Assembly (NCBI GenBank): GCA_035686305.1
Contig: DASRZP010000053.1
Span: 3,583-67,582, forward strand
DNA: 64,000 bases
Source: Thermodesulfovibrionales bacterium
Lineage (GTDB): Bacteria; Nitrospirota; Thermodesulfovibrionia; Thermodesulfovibrionales; UBA9159
Direction of reading: 5' to 3'
The position numbers and the translations under genes were made by a program. How positions within the stretch are numbered: position 1 is the first letter of the stretch; each line of letters begins with the position of its first letter. The notes under the pieces are model-generated. The model did not search any database, was not told where the DNA came from, and worked only from the letters and a program-made list of their open reading frames with translations. Positions 1 through 8,879 of the stretch are shown piece by piece.

Positions 1-1
1 A

Positions 2-196
2 GGCCAGTTCGTTCGCGCCGGGAATATCCTTGTCAGGCAGAGAGGTACACAATTCCATCCGGGAAACAATGTAGGAGCCGGCAGGGACTACACTCTGTTC
101 GCAAAGATTGACGGTGTCGTGACCTTTGAACGGAAAGACAGAGATAGGATGAAGATAAGCGTATACCCTCTCCCAGAAGCATCTGCGGCAAGCTAG
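2..196 (+). CDS. rpmA: 50S ribosomal protein L27, C-terminal part (5' end outside window)
   Basis: The frame is open from the window edge and translates to [45 protein letters not shown]..., the conserved L27 core. TAG stop at 194-196. obg follows, as in the common rpmA-obg arrangement. Confidence 0.9.
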   Translation, partial: GQFVRAGNILVRQRGTQFHPGNNVGAGRDYTLFAKIDGVVTFERKDRDRMKISVYPLPEASAAS

Positions 197-225
197 GGTA
201 AGGCAAATTACAGAGCATCGGCAGA

Positions 226-248
226 GGCGGGGTCACCCCGCCTTTTTT
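226..248 (+). terminator. Rho-independent terminator after rpmA
   Basis: GGCGGGG (226-232) / TCA loop / CCCCGCC (236-242), followed by TTTTTT (243-248). Confidence 0.8.
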
Positions 249-317
249 GTTTATCGCAAATGATGGCAAGGAGTTCTCTGTAATCGGAAGGATTGTTCTT
301 CGGGGAGGGAGTTTTGT

Positions 318-1343
318 GTGCAGTTTGTTGATTATGTAACGATCCGCGTGAAAGCAGGGCATGGAGGAAGGGGCTGCGTAAGCTTCAGGAGGGAGAAGTA
401 TGTTCCGAGAGGAGGGCCGAACGGGGGAGACGGGGGGAGGGGAGGGCATGTCATTCTGAGAGCAACAGCTCAACTGAATACCCTTCTTGATCTGAGGTAT
501 CAGCGCGAATATGTTGCAAAGCACGGCGAACACGGCATGGGGAAGAATATGCACGGAAGAGACGCTGAGGATGTGGTCATTCCGGTTCCTGTCGGAACGA
601 TCGCAAAGGATGAGGGCACGGGTGAAGTTCTCGCGGACCTCGACGAGGAGGGGAAGGAGGTACTGGTTGCCAAAGGGGGGAGAGGGGGGCTCGGCAACCA
701 GCATTTTGCTACCCCGGTGCGCCAGGCGCCCCGCTTCGCACAGGGCGGAGAAGAAGGCGAGGAGCGCCGCCTTATCATTGAACTGAAGCTCCTTGCCGAC
801 GTCGGACTCATCGGACAACCGAATGCCGGCAAATCTACGTTGATCTCGGTCATCTCCTCTGCACGGCCGAAAATTGCCGATTATTCCTTTACGACCCTGG
901 TGCCGAATCTCGGGGTTGTGAAGCGGGACAGCATGAGGAGCTTTGTTGTTGCCGATATCCCGGGTCTCATTGAAGGCGCGCACAAAGGAGCAGGACTGGG
1001 CTTTCAATTTCTCCGCCACGTTGAGCGGACATCGATGTTGCTCCATCTCGTTGATATTTCTGTGACGGCACATGGAGATCCGGTGGAAGCTCTTCAGAAG
1101 ATAGACAAGGAGCTTAGACTTTACAGCGAAGATCTCGTGAAAAAGCCTCAGACCGTCGTAGCCACGAAACTCGACGCAGCAGACAGGGAGAGACTTGACA
1201 GACTTACGGGATACTGTAATGATGAGAAGATTCAGGTCTTCGCCATATCCGCAGTGACGGGCGAAGGAGTGGAGACACTCATAACGTATGTGGGAAGAGC
1301 ATTGGAAGGACTGGTGAAACATGAGAAGCTATCTCAAAATTAG
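318..1343 (+). CDS. obg: GTPase Obg/CgtA
   Basis: GTG start. N-terminal Obg fold [42 protein letters not shown]1 motif GQPNAGKST and a DIPGLIEGA switch. Confidence 0.95.
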   Translation: MQFVDYVTIRVKAGHGGRGCVSFRREKYVPRGGPNGGDGGRGGHVILRATAQLNTLLDLRYQREYVAKHGEHGMGKNMHGRDAEDVVIPVPVGTIAKDEGTGEVLADLDEEGKEVLVAKGGRGGLGNQHFATPVRQAPRFAQGGEEGEERRLIIELKLLADVGLIGQPNAGKSTLISVISSARPKIADYSFTTLVPNLGVVKRDSMRSFVVADIPGLIEGAHKGAGLGFQFLRHVERTSMLLHLVDISVTAHGDPVEALQKIDKELRLYSEDLVKKPQTVVATKLDAADRERLDRLTGYCNDEKIQVFAISAVTGEGVETLITYVGRALEGLVKHEKLSQN

Positions 1344-1359
1344 TTCTCGGTTTAAGGCT

Positions 1360-1432
1360 GTCATTCCCGCAAGCGGAGCGCGTCGGGAATCTTTCTGAAA
1401 ACAAAGAAAGATTCCGGACAAGCCGGAATGAC
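1360..1432. repeat. Nested inverted-repeat element in the obg-proB spacer
   Basis: Outer arms GTCATTCC (1360-1367) / GGAATGAC (1425-1432). Inner 10-bp stem GGAATCTTTC / GAAAGATTCC around a 10-nt loop. Four copies of an ATTCC(C/G)G core can also form two local hairpins. Confidence 0.5.
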
Positions 1433-1485
1433 ACAAGCATCGAATATCATAAGGTTGCAATTTTGGGATAGGTTCTGGGGTTAAG

Positions 1486-2580
1486 ATGAAGATTGTCATA
1501 AAGATAGGAAGCAATATTCTGACTTCTGAACACGGTGGCCTCGACATGGAGAGGATCGGTGTCCTTGCAGATGAGATATCCTCGGTCAAGGATGCAGGCA
1601 ACGAGGTGGCCGTGGTGTCCTCGGGCGCTGTTGCCGCCGGTATGAAGAAGCTTGATCTGAAGGAGAAGCCAAGGGATATCGTACTCAAGCAGGCTGCCGC
1701 AGCTGTTGGTCAGTCAACCCTCATGTGGGCATATGAAAAGAGCTTCAATGCCCATGACCAGAAGGTCGCCCAGATACTCCTGACACGGGACGATTTTTCA
1801 GACAGGAAGAGATATATCAATTCGAGGAATACCCTCATTACCCTCCTTTCCTTTGGGATCATACCAATCATCAATGAGAATGATACCGTCGCCTCTGATG
1901 AGATACGCTTCGGGGACAATGACCATCTCGCCTCCCTCGTATCAAGTCTCATCGAGGCGGAGCGGCTCATCATCCTTTCGGATGTTGACGGGCTTTTTTC
2001 GGATGACCCGAGAAAAGACCCTGACGCAAGACTTATCGAGGTCGTCGATGTGATCACGCCCGAACTCGAACGAAAAGCTGGCGGGTCGGGTACCATGGTC
2101 GGAACAGGCGGCATGTATTCGAAGGTACTCGCGGCAAAGAGGGCTGTGAACAACGGGATTGCCGTAAATATCATAAACGGAAGGAAGGCGGGAACCCTGC
2201 ATTCGCTCCTCCAAGGGCATCATCGCGGCACAGAGTTCAAGACCATGAAGACCAGGATGTCGTCTAAGAAGGGCTGGATCGCCTATGGAACCAGGGCAAA
2301 GGGAAGCCTGACAATCGATGACGGTGCAGTGAGGGCACTGGTTCAGGGAGGGAAGAGTCTTCTTCCATCAGGGATTGTGGCCCTTTCGGGAAGGTTTGAG
2401 TCCGGTGATGCCGTCTACTGTAATGATTTTTCCGGGAAGCGCATTGCAAAGGGTCTCGTGAACTACGCCTCTTCCGAGGTGGAGAAGATTCGTGGAAAGA
2501 GGACCTCGGAGATCGAGGAAATCCTCGGTTACCGCTATACGGACGAGGTCATACACAGGGACAACCTCGTATTGCTGTGA
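1486..2580 (+). CDS. proB: Glutamate 5-kinase with C-terminal PUA domain
   Basis: KIVIKIGSNILTSEHGGLD...VAVVSSGAVAAGM; IPIINENDTVA; the C-terminal PUA-like segment SLTIDDGAVRALVQGGKSLLPSGI. Confidence 0.95.
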   Translation: MKIVIKIGSNILTSEHGGLDMERIGVLADEISSVKDAGNEVAVVSSGAVAAGMKKLDLKEKPRDIVLKQAAAAVGQSTLMWAYEKSFNAHDQKVAQILLTRDDFSDRKRYINSRNTLITLLSFGIIPIINENDTVASDEIRFGDNDHLASLVSSLIEAERLIILSDVDGLFSDDPRKDPDARLIEVVDVITPELERKAGGSGTMVGTGGMYSKVLAAKRAVNNGIAVNIINGRKAGTLHSLLQGHHRGTEFKTMKTRMSSKKGWIAYGTRAKGSLTIDDGAVRALVQGGKSLLPSGIVALSGRFESGDAVYCNDFSGKRIAKGLVNYASSEVEKIRGKRTSEIEEILGYRYTDEVIHRDNLVLL

Positions 2581-2882
2581 GGGCCAGCCTACATCATTCA
2601 TCATGTTGTCTTATTGGGTACTGACATCCGCTTCTTGGCGAGAGAGTAACCCTCCGCGGCTATTGCGACGGCGTTGTCCTAAAATTGCTCTGTCCCGAGC
2701 ACGTGCTCGCTTCCGCATGAGCGAACCGACCCAATATTCCCGAGTCTTGCCTGCGAAGCGAAAGCCAGTCCCCGAAGTTTATGAATTACGTGAAGGAGCG
2801 GAGCGGCCCGCATTCTCGATGCCCGGCTTCCCGCGGGTAATGGGTTGCCGGCGAATCGGACGTTAACTCCGAAGCCCGCGAA

Positions 2883-3254
2883 TTATGTGGGCTGGGATCT
2901 TTTCCTGAGCGGCTTTTTTCTCCTTCCATCGATGAGATGATAGAGAGCCAGGACAGGATGCCGGTAAGTCATACGGGGACCTGAATACCGCATTACCGTC
3001 TTTACCTTCTCTCTCATTTCCGGTATATAGCAATGGACAGGACAGTTGGCGCAGGTTGTCTTTCCCTCCTGAAAGGGACAGTTCTCGAGGCGAAGGAGTG
3101 CATAGTCCAGGAGGCCCTTGCACTCAGGGCACACCATGCCTTTTGTTCCATGATGATCATTGCAGTAGAGTCTCACCATAGCCTTGATGGTCTTTTCTTC
3201 TCTGGCCATCCTCGGTTGGTTAACGGCCATGGAAGCTCCAGCGGTGCATGACAA
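2883..3254 (-). CDS. Nitrous-oxide-stimulated-promoter (YgbA-like) family Cys-rich protein
   Basis: Cys/His pattern YCNDHH...CPECKGL...CPFQEGKTTCANCPVHCY, typical of the YgbA_NO family. A more likely start is ATG 3230, which has GGAG 6 nt upstream. Confidence 0.7.
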   Translation of the reverse strand: MSCTAGASMAVNQPRMAREEKTIKAMVRLYCNDHHGTKGMVCPECKGLLDYALLRLENCPFQEGKTTCANCPVHCYIPEMREKVKTVMRYSGPRMTYRHPVLALYHLIDGRRKKPLRKRSQPT

Positions 3255-3352
3255 CCTGAAGCATACAATTTATGCCAAATTCGGCAGTTGGAAGAGCAGA
3301 CTTGAGCGACTTTGCTCGTACTTCGTTGCCGTTCTAAGTGCGTTTCCTACAT

Positions 3353-3871
3353 TCATGATCTTGCCTTCAGCAGTTCCCGCGCCTTGGCGAATATCTCGAT
3401 GCAGGCTTCGCTTGCATAGTCCCTGTATGTGAAGAGATGGGGCCGGTATCTTCCTTTGGTGTTCACAAGGGTCAATTCTGCGAAGATGCCTTTGCCGATA
3501 TAGAGTCGGTGCGAATAGTTCTTTGTTGATGCAAGGACAACCTTGGAGAGGGTCATGTATCCGGGGTCAATGTTGATCTTCCTCTTCCCCCCCGTTGACA
3601 AGCGCTCTTCAATTTCATCCGTCGTCTGTTTAATCTCGGGGAGTCTCAGAGGATCGATCCTGTCTCTAAAAAAGAGAAAGGTCCTCGTTATTGGCCATCC
3701 GAGTTCGTCCCTATAGTATTCTGAGTTCTTCCATTCCAGGTCGGGGCTCTCGATCGCAATCTCTCCAAAGAAACCTTTCAGTTCTTCTTTTGCCAAGAGA
3801 AAGACCTCGGGATTTTGGTACAGAGTCCCTGCAAAAAGGATCGTAGCCTCAACAGGGGATGATCTTTTCAT
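3353..3871 (-). CDS. DUF4416 family protein
   Basis: INIDPGYMTLSKVVLASTKNYSHRLYIGKGIFAELTL and the PHLFTYRDY segment match my recollection of the DUF4416 consensus. Confidence 0.7.
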   Translation of the reverse strand: MKRSSPVEATILFAGTLYQNPEVFLLAKEELKGFFGEIAIESPDLEWKNSEYYRDELGWPITRTFLFFRDRIDPLRLPEIKQTTDEIEERLSTGGKRKINIDPGYMTLSKVVLASTKNYSHRLYIGKGIFAELTLVNTKGRYRPHLFTYRDYASEACIEIFAKARELLKARS

Positions 3872-3901
3872 TACCTCATGTACGGTTCGACATGGCGAAG
3901 A

Positions 3902-4429
3902 TCATTCCTGGAGGAGGGACGATATGAGGGAGAGCGCCTTCGGACTATTCCAGTCGGCAGGTCCTATCACCTTTTCCCTGAGGACCCCTCTCTTGTCGAC
4001 GACATAGGTCTCAGGAACGCCTGTAACACCATAGGATCTGGCCGAGCGGCCATTAATATCCATAAGCACGGGGAATTCATACCCTTGCTCCTTCATAAAG
4101 GCCCTTGCCTTCTCGTAGTCGTCTTTATAGAGGACGGTGAGCATGCGGAAACCTCTCCGGTCCTTCAACTGGTTGTACAGGCCCTCGATGGAGGGCATTT
4201 CGTCCTTGCACGGCTGACACCAGGATGCCCAGAAATTGATGAATACCACGGATCGCCTGAACTCTGAGAGGAGATAGGTCTTCCCGGCTCCATCGCGCAG
4301 TTCTATCTCAGGTGCTTCAAGACCAACTGTGGATGATATGCGGGATGTCTCTTCCTTTTTGACACCGAAGATGATTACCGCCAGCCCTGCCAGAAGAATG
4401 AGCAGCAGGATGATTGCCCTTGATTTCAA
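3902..4429 (-). CDS. TlpA/ResA-like thiol:disulfide oxidoreductase, membrane-anchored
   Basis: N-terminal TM helix AIILLLILLAGLAVIIFGV. Thioredoxin-fold active site FINFWASWCQPCKDEMP. Confidence 0.85.
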   Translation of the reverse strand: MKSRAIILLLILLAGLAVIIFGVKKEETSRISSTVGLEAPEIELRDGAGKTYLLSEFRRSVVFINFWASWCQPCKDEMPSIEGLYNQLKDRRGFRMLTVLYKDDYEKARAFMKEQGYEFPVLMDINGRSARSYGVTGVPETYVVDKRGVLREKVIGPADWNSPKALSLISSLLQE

Positions 4430-4446
4430 GAGAGAGTCCGGCGGGG

Positions 4447-6885
4447 TCAGTTGACCGAAAGCATGGCTGTCTCTTCAGCCTCAACAAATACCGGGGTATC
4501 TACCTCGATAACGACCCTGATGCGCTGCGGACCCTTGAATCTTCCTTTCAAGAGAGCCTCGGCGAGAGGATTTTCTATCACTTTCTGTATCGCCCTGCGC
4601 ATGGGTCTTGCACCATAGGCAGGCTGGTAGTGTTTGTTGATGATCCATTCCTTGACGGCCTGATCGAGTTCAATGAAGAGCTCCTGCTCTATGAGCTGTT
4701 TGTTGAGCTCCTCGACGAGAAGATCGATGATGGACATGAGATGGTCTTTTTCCAAGGGATGAAATACAACGATCTCGTCGACACGGTTGAGGAATTCGGG
4801 ATTAAAGGTCTTCCTCAGTTCGTTCAGGACACTGTCCTTTATCTTCTGGTACATATCTTCCGATTTGGCTTTATGAAAACCGAGGGGTGTTGCCTTCTCC
4901 ATGATCCTCGCCCCGAGGTTTGAGGTCATGATGATGACCGTATTCTTGAAGTCGACCTTTCTCCCGAAACTATCGGTAAGGACGCCTTCGTCCAGGACCT
5001 GGAGGAGAATGTTGAATACGTCGGGATGGGCCTTCTCGATCTCGTCGAAAAGGACGACGGAGTAAGGCCTCTTCCGAATCCTCTCGGTCAGCTGTCCCCC
5101 TTCCTCATAGCCGATGTAGCCGGGAGGAGCGCCTGTTAAGCGAGATACGTTGAACCTCTCCATGTACTCGGACATATCGATCTTGACGAGGGCGTTTTCG
5201 TCGTTGAAAAGGAATTCTGCAAGGGCCTTTGCCAGCTCGGTCTTTCCCACTCCTGTGGGGCCGAGGAAGAAGAAGGAGCCTATCGGCTTCTTCCTGTCCT
5301 TCAGGCCCGAGCGTGAACGCCGTATCGCCCTGGAAATGACCTCGATAGCCTCATCCTGGGCAATAATCCTGTCGTGAAGGGCCTCTTCCATACGGATGAG
5401 TTTTTCCGATTCCTTTTCTTCAAGTTTAAAGAGCGGCACACCCGTCATTTTTGATACCGTATACGCCACATCGTCAACGGTGACGACAGGTATTTCTTTG
5501 TTCATGTTCTCTTTCCAGCGTTTCTGCATCTGCTCGTACAATCTCTTGAGTCGCTCTTCCTCACCCCGGATGAAGGTCGTCCGCTCAACGTCATGAAGTT
5601 TTACATAGAGATTCTTTTCCCTCGACAGTCGCAGGAGTTCCTGTTCCATCTCCTTCATTTCACTTGGAGGGGTTGAACGCTTCAATTTGATCCGCGAACC
5701 TGTTTCATCGATGACGTCTATTGCCTTGTCAGGGAGATAGCGGTCGCTGATGTAACGGTCGGACAGTTTCACTGCCGCCATAATCGCATCCTCGCTCATC
5801 TTGACGCGATGATGTGTCTCGTAGCGGGACTTCAGGCCTTTGAGGATGTTTACCGTTATGTCCGTAGACGGCGACTGTACATAAATCGGCTGGAAACGCC
5901 TCTCCATGGCCTTGTCTTTCTCAATGTACTTCCGGTACTCATCAGGGGTTGTGGCGCCGATGCACTGGATCTCGCCGCGGGAAAGCGCGGGCTTGAGCAT
6001 GCTCGACGCATCAACAGAACCCTCTGCAGCACCTGCCCCAATGAGGGTGTGCAATTCGTCGATAAAGAGAATCACGTTGTCCGACTGCGTTATCTCCTTC
6101 ATGACGATTTTGAGCCGCTCCTCAAACTGGCCCCGGTACTTCGTCCCTGCAATAAGGGCCCCGAGGTCAAGGGAAATGATGCGTTTTCCTAAGAGGTTGT
6201 CAGGGACGTCGCCGGTCATGATGTTTTGTGCAAGACCCTCAACGATCGCTGTCTTCCCGACACCGGGTTCACCAATGATGACAGGATTGTTCTTGATCCG
6301 TCTTCCCAGTATCTGGAGAACACGCTCGATCTCATCTTCTCTGCCGATGACGGGATCCAGTTTCCCGGCTTTTGCAAGCTGGGTAAGATCACGGCCGAAC
6401 TCGTCAAGGGCGGGGGTTGAACTTTTGCGCTCCTTGACCTGCGTCTGGGTCCTCAGAGAAAGGTTGATCGTCAACTGGCGCGCGCCGAGAAGATTCGCGC
6501 CGAAATTCCTCAGAATTTTACCTGCGATTCCTTCTTCCTCCCTGATGATGCCGAGAAGGAGATGTTCGCTTCCGATATAGTTATGGCCGAGGAGGCGGGC
6601 TTCTTCGACTGCCAGTTCCAAGACTTTCTTCGCACGCGGCGTAAAGGGAATATCTCCGAAGGTCAGAACATTTGTTCCTGCAGGGAGGTTCCTTTCTATT
6701 TCCATATAGAGGTCCTCGACGGAGAGCCCCATCTTTTTGAGGATAGCAACATGAAGGCTGTCTTCTTCTCTCAGAAGGGCGAGAAGAAGGTGTTCGGTAC
6801 CGAGGTAATCGTTCTGTCTCTTCTCCGCCTCTTCGCGGGCATAGATGATTACCTTTCTTCCTCTCTCGGTAAACTTCTCAAACAT
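4447..6885 (-). CDS. clpC: ATP-dependent Clp protease ATP-binding subunit ClpC-type
   Basis: Clp_N repeats (YLGTEHLLLALL / YIGSEHLLLGII). Two AAA modules with Walker A motifs GEPGVGKT and GPTGVGKT. 812 aa, so no long ClpB-type middle domain. Confidence 0.9.
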   Translation of the reverse strand: MFEKFTERGRKVIIYAREEAEKRQNDYLGTEHLLLALLREEDSLHVAILKKMGLSVEDLYMEIERNLPAGTNVLTFGDIPFTPRAKKVLELAVEEARLLGHNYIGSEHLLLGIIREEEGIAGKILRNFGANLLGARQLTINLSLRTQTQVKERKSSTPALDEFGRDLTQLAKAGKLDPVIGREDEIERVLQILGRRIKNNPVIIGEPGVGKTAIVEGLAQNIMTGDVPDNLLGKRIISLDLGALIAGTKYRGQFEERLKIVMKEITQSDNVILFIDELHTLIGAGAAEGSVDASSMLKPALSRGEIQCIGATTPDEYRKYIEKDKAMERRFQPIYVQSPSTDITVNILKGLKSRYETHHRVKMSEDAIMAAVKLSDRYISDRYLPDKAIDVIDETGSRIKLKRSTPPSEMKEMEQELLRLSREKNLYVKLHDVERTTFIRGEEERLKRLYEQMQKRWKENMNKEIPVVTVDDVAYTVSKMTGVPLFKLEEKESEKLIRMEEALHDRIIAQDEAIEVISRAIRRSRSGLKDRKKPIGSFFFLGPTGVGKTELAKALAEFLFNDENALVKIDMSEYMERFNVSRLTGAPPGYIGYEEGGQLTERIRKRPYSVVLFDEIEKAHPDVFNILLQVLDEGVLTDSFGRKVDFKNTVIIMTSNLGARIMEKATPLGFHKAKSEDMYQKIKDSVLNELRKTFNPEFLNRVDEIVVFHPLEKDHLMSIIDLLVEELNKQLIEQELFIELDQAVKEWIINKHYQPAYGARPMRRAIQKVIENPLAEALLKGRFKGPQRIRVVIEVDTPVFVEAEETAMLSVN

Positions 6886-7096
6886 TGCTACCTCCTGGAT
6901 TCATGATACTGCTTTTCTGTGGCGAATGTCAACCGGAGAAGAGGCCTCAAAGGTTGAATCGGTAAGGGATCAGAGGATATCTGAGAGCGAAGAATAAAGA
7001 GAGAACCGTTTCACCGAATTTCGCGTGCGTTCCCGCAAGGCACGAGTCTCACAACATCTTGGGAAAAGGAAGCAGTGCTCCGAAGAAGACCGACCA

Positions 7097-7852
7097 TCAT
7101 TCCGCGGTATAGTTGATAAGATACTTGGCTGCCACTGCCTTGAGGGAAGCCTGACCCGGCAGACCCTTGCGGAGCGACCGTAACGTATCGAGATCAGACT
7201 TCCAGACGACATCTCCGGGGGCTATCAGTGAGACGCTGCCCGGAGCGTGCTCTGCGGAGAGGGCGTCATCCTTGAAATAATAGGGAGCGTCCTCACTGAG
7301 TTCTGTGGGGAAGGACCGCATGAAGGGAGGGAAATCACTTGGCCTGAACCAGAGCTTGATTTCCCGTTCAGCTTCTCCGACGCTTGCTGAGGCATGGATG
7401 AGATTATCCATGCGCTCGCCGATCTCCCTGCCCCCGGCGTCCTTGAGAGGAACCACCGTTCCCAGTGCACGAATGCATCCCGGTCTTGTTTCCCTGGCCA
7501 CATGAGGATTCGTGGGGCCGCAGATGTCCCGAATCTTCTTCACACCCTCCTCACCCTGATAAACGAGGGCGATCACTCTGCGCCCCCGAGGCTCGTCCGG
7601 ATAATGAATGAGTCCCCGAATATATTCAATGAGCGAGGGATAGAATACCTTCCCACGGTGTTCTGCATAGTGTTCTTCCGCAAGCATCTTGCTTACGTGG
7701 ACGATCTTTGCCCCGGCAAAACGGAGACCGGTATGAAACTCAGACAAGAGAGAGAGCACGTACCCTGTCAAGGAGTTCTTGAGGGCGTCGGGTTTGATCA
7801 GTACCAAAGTTTGCTCGATGTTTTCTTCGGAGATTTCTTTATCCATATCCAT
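7097..7852 (-). CDS. ndk: Nucleoside-diphosphate kinase-like protein, long form with C-terminal extension
   Basis: TLVLIKPDAL...EHY...FYPSLIEY...GPTNP...NLIHASAS...EIKLWF are collinear with the NDK fold and the catalytic His is retained. About 85 extra C-terminal residues of unknown function. Confidence 0.75.
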   Translation of the reverse strand: MDMDKEISEENIEQTLVLIKPDALKNSLTGYVLSLLSEFHTGLRFAGAKIVHVSKMLAEEHYAEHRGKVFYPSLIEYIRGLIHYPDEPRGRRVIALVYQGEEGVKKIRDICGPTNPHVARETRPGCIRALGTVVPLKDAGGREIGERMDNLIHASASVGEAEREIKLWFRPSDFPPFMRSFPTELSEDAPYYFKDDALSAEHAPGSVSLIAPGDVVWKSDLDTLRSLRKGLPGQASLKAVAAKYLINYTAE

Positions 7853-7869
7853 GACGTTTCTTTCTGTTC

Positions 7870-8796
7870 TTAGATGCCGAGTTTCTCCAAGAGCGACGTT
7901 ACCGAGGAAACGGATCTGTCGAAGTCCGCTCTTTCTTCCACGTTCAATTTCAGTTCTACCACCTTCTCGACACCGGTCTTGCCGAGGACGACAGGTGCGC
8001 CGACATAGACGTTCTGAATGCCGTATTCACCCTGGAGATAAACGGCACAGGGGAGGACCCTCTTTTCATCAAGGAGTATGGCCCGTATCATCTCACAGGT
8101 CGCAGCGGCAGGAGCGTAGTATGCGCTGCCCGTCTTCAGGAATGCAACGATTTCAGCTCCGCCCTGCCTTGTCCTCTTTATGAGGGAGGCAATCTTTTCC
8201 GAGGGCAACATATCCGTTATCGGCACGCCCTTTACGGTTGTGAAGCGGGGCATGGGAACCATCTGATCGCCATGACCTCCCATCACGAGGGCCTCGACGT
8301 CGGCGGGAGAGACGCCGAGTTCAAGAGAAAGAAACGTCCTGAAGCGGGAGGAGTCAAGAACACCACCCATCCCGATCACTCTCCTGTGATCAAACCCGGA
8401 GACCTTCCAGGCGAGCTGGGCCATCACATCCATCGGATTCGTAACAACGATCAGAACGGCACGAGGAGAAAGCTTCGCTGATTCCGCAACAACCTGTTTT
8501 ACAACGTTGGCATTAGCGATAAGGAGGTCATCCCTGCTCATGCCTGGTTTTCTGGGGAAGCCCGCAGTCAAAACAATAAGGTCCGAGCCTTCAGTCTCCC
8601 TGAACGAATTGGTTCCTGTCACAGAAACAGAAGAATTCCACAGGGGACATGCCTCGGCTATGTCGAGGGCCTTTCCCTGAGGCACGCCTTCTGCGATATC
8701 GAAGAGGACAATATCCGCGATACCGTCACGGGCTATAAGCTGTGCAGTCGATGCGCCTACGTTGCCGGCTCCTAGTATGGACACTTGCGCTCGCAT
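7870..8796 (-). CDS. mdh: Malate dehydrogenase (LDH-like type)
   Basis: VSILGAGNVGASTAQL Rossmann motif; GFPRKPGMSRDDL; VTNPMDVM; GGHGDQMVP. Confidence 0.9.
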   Translation of the reverse strand: MRAQVSILGAGNVGASTAQLIARDGIADIVLFDIAEGVPQGKALDIAEACPLWNSSVSVTGTNSFRETEGSDLIVLTAGFPRKPGMSRDDLLIANANVVKQVVAESAKLSPRAVLIVVTNPMDVMAQLAWKVSGFDHRRVIGMGGVLDSSRFRTFLSLELGVSPADVEALVMGGHGDQMVPMPRFTTVKGVPITDMLPSEKIASLIKRTRQGGAEIVAFLKTGSAYYAPAAATCEMIRAILLDEKRVLPCAVYLQGEYGIQNVYVGAPVVLGKTGVEKVVELKLNVEERADFDRSVSSVTSLLEKLGI

Positions 8797-8879
8797 AGGG
8801 TCCTACGACCTCCCTTTTTTTGCAACAGTATATAAGGAAAGAGAGGAAAATATCAAATGATGATCTCCGGCCCAAGACG

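Noticed and set aside
33-1322. 429-codon stop-free ORF antisense to obg.
   Set aside because: It lies exactly opposite a textbook Obg gene. Its translation is Pro/Ser/Arg/Cys-rich low-complexity sequence with no motif. This is the typical shadow ORF of a GC-biased gene.
6886-7096. Possible CtsR or CIRCE operator upstream of clpC.
   Set aside because: Only a TCAACC-N19-GGTTGA inverted repeat is present. There is no GGTCAAA direct repeat and no TTAGCACTC-N9-GAGTGCTAA.
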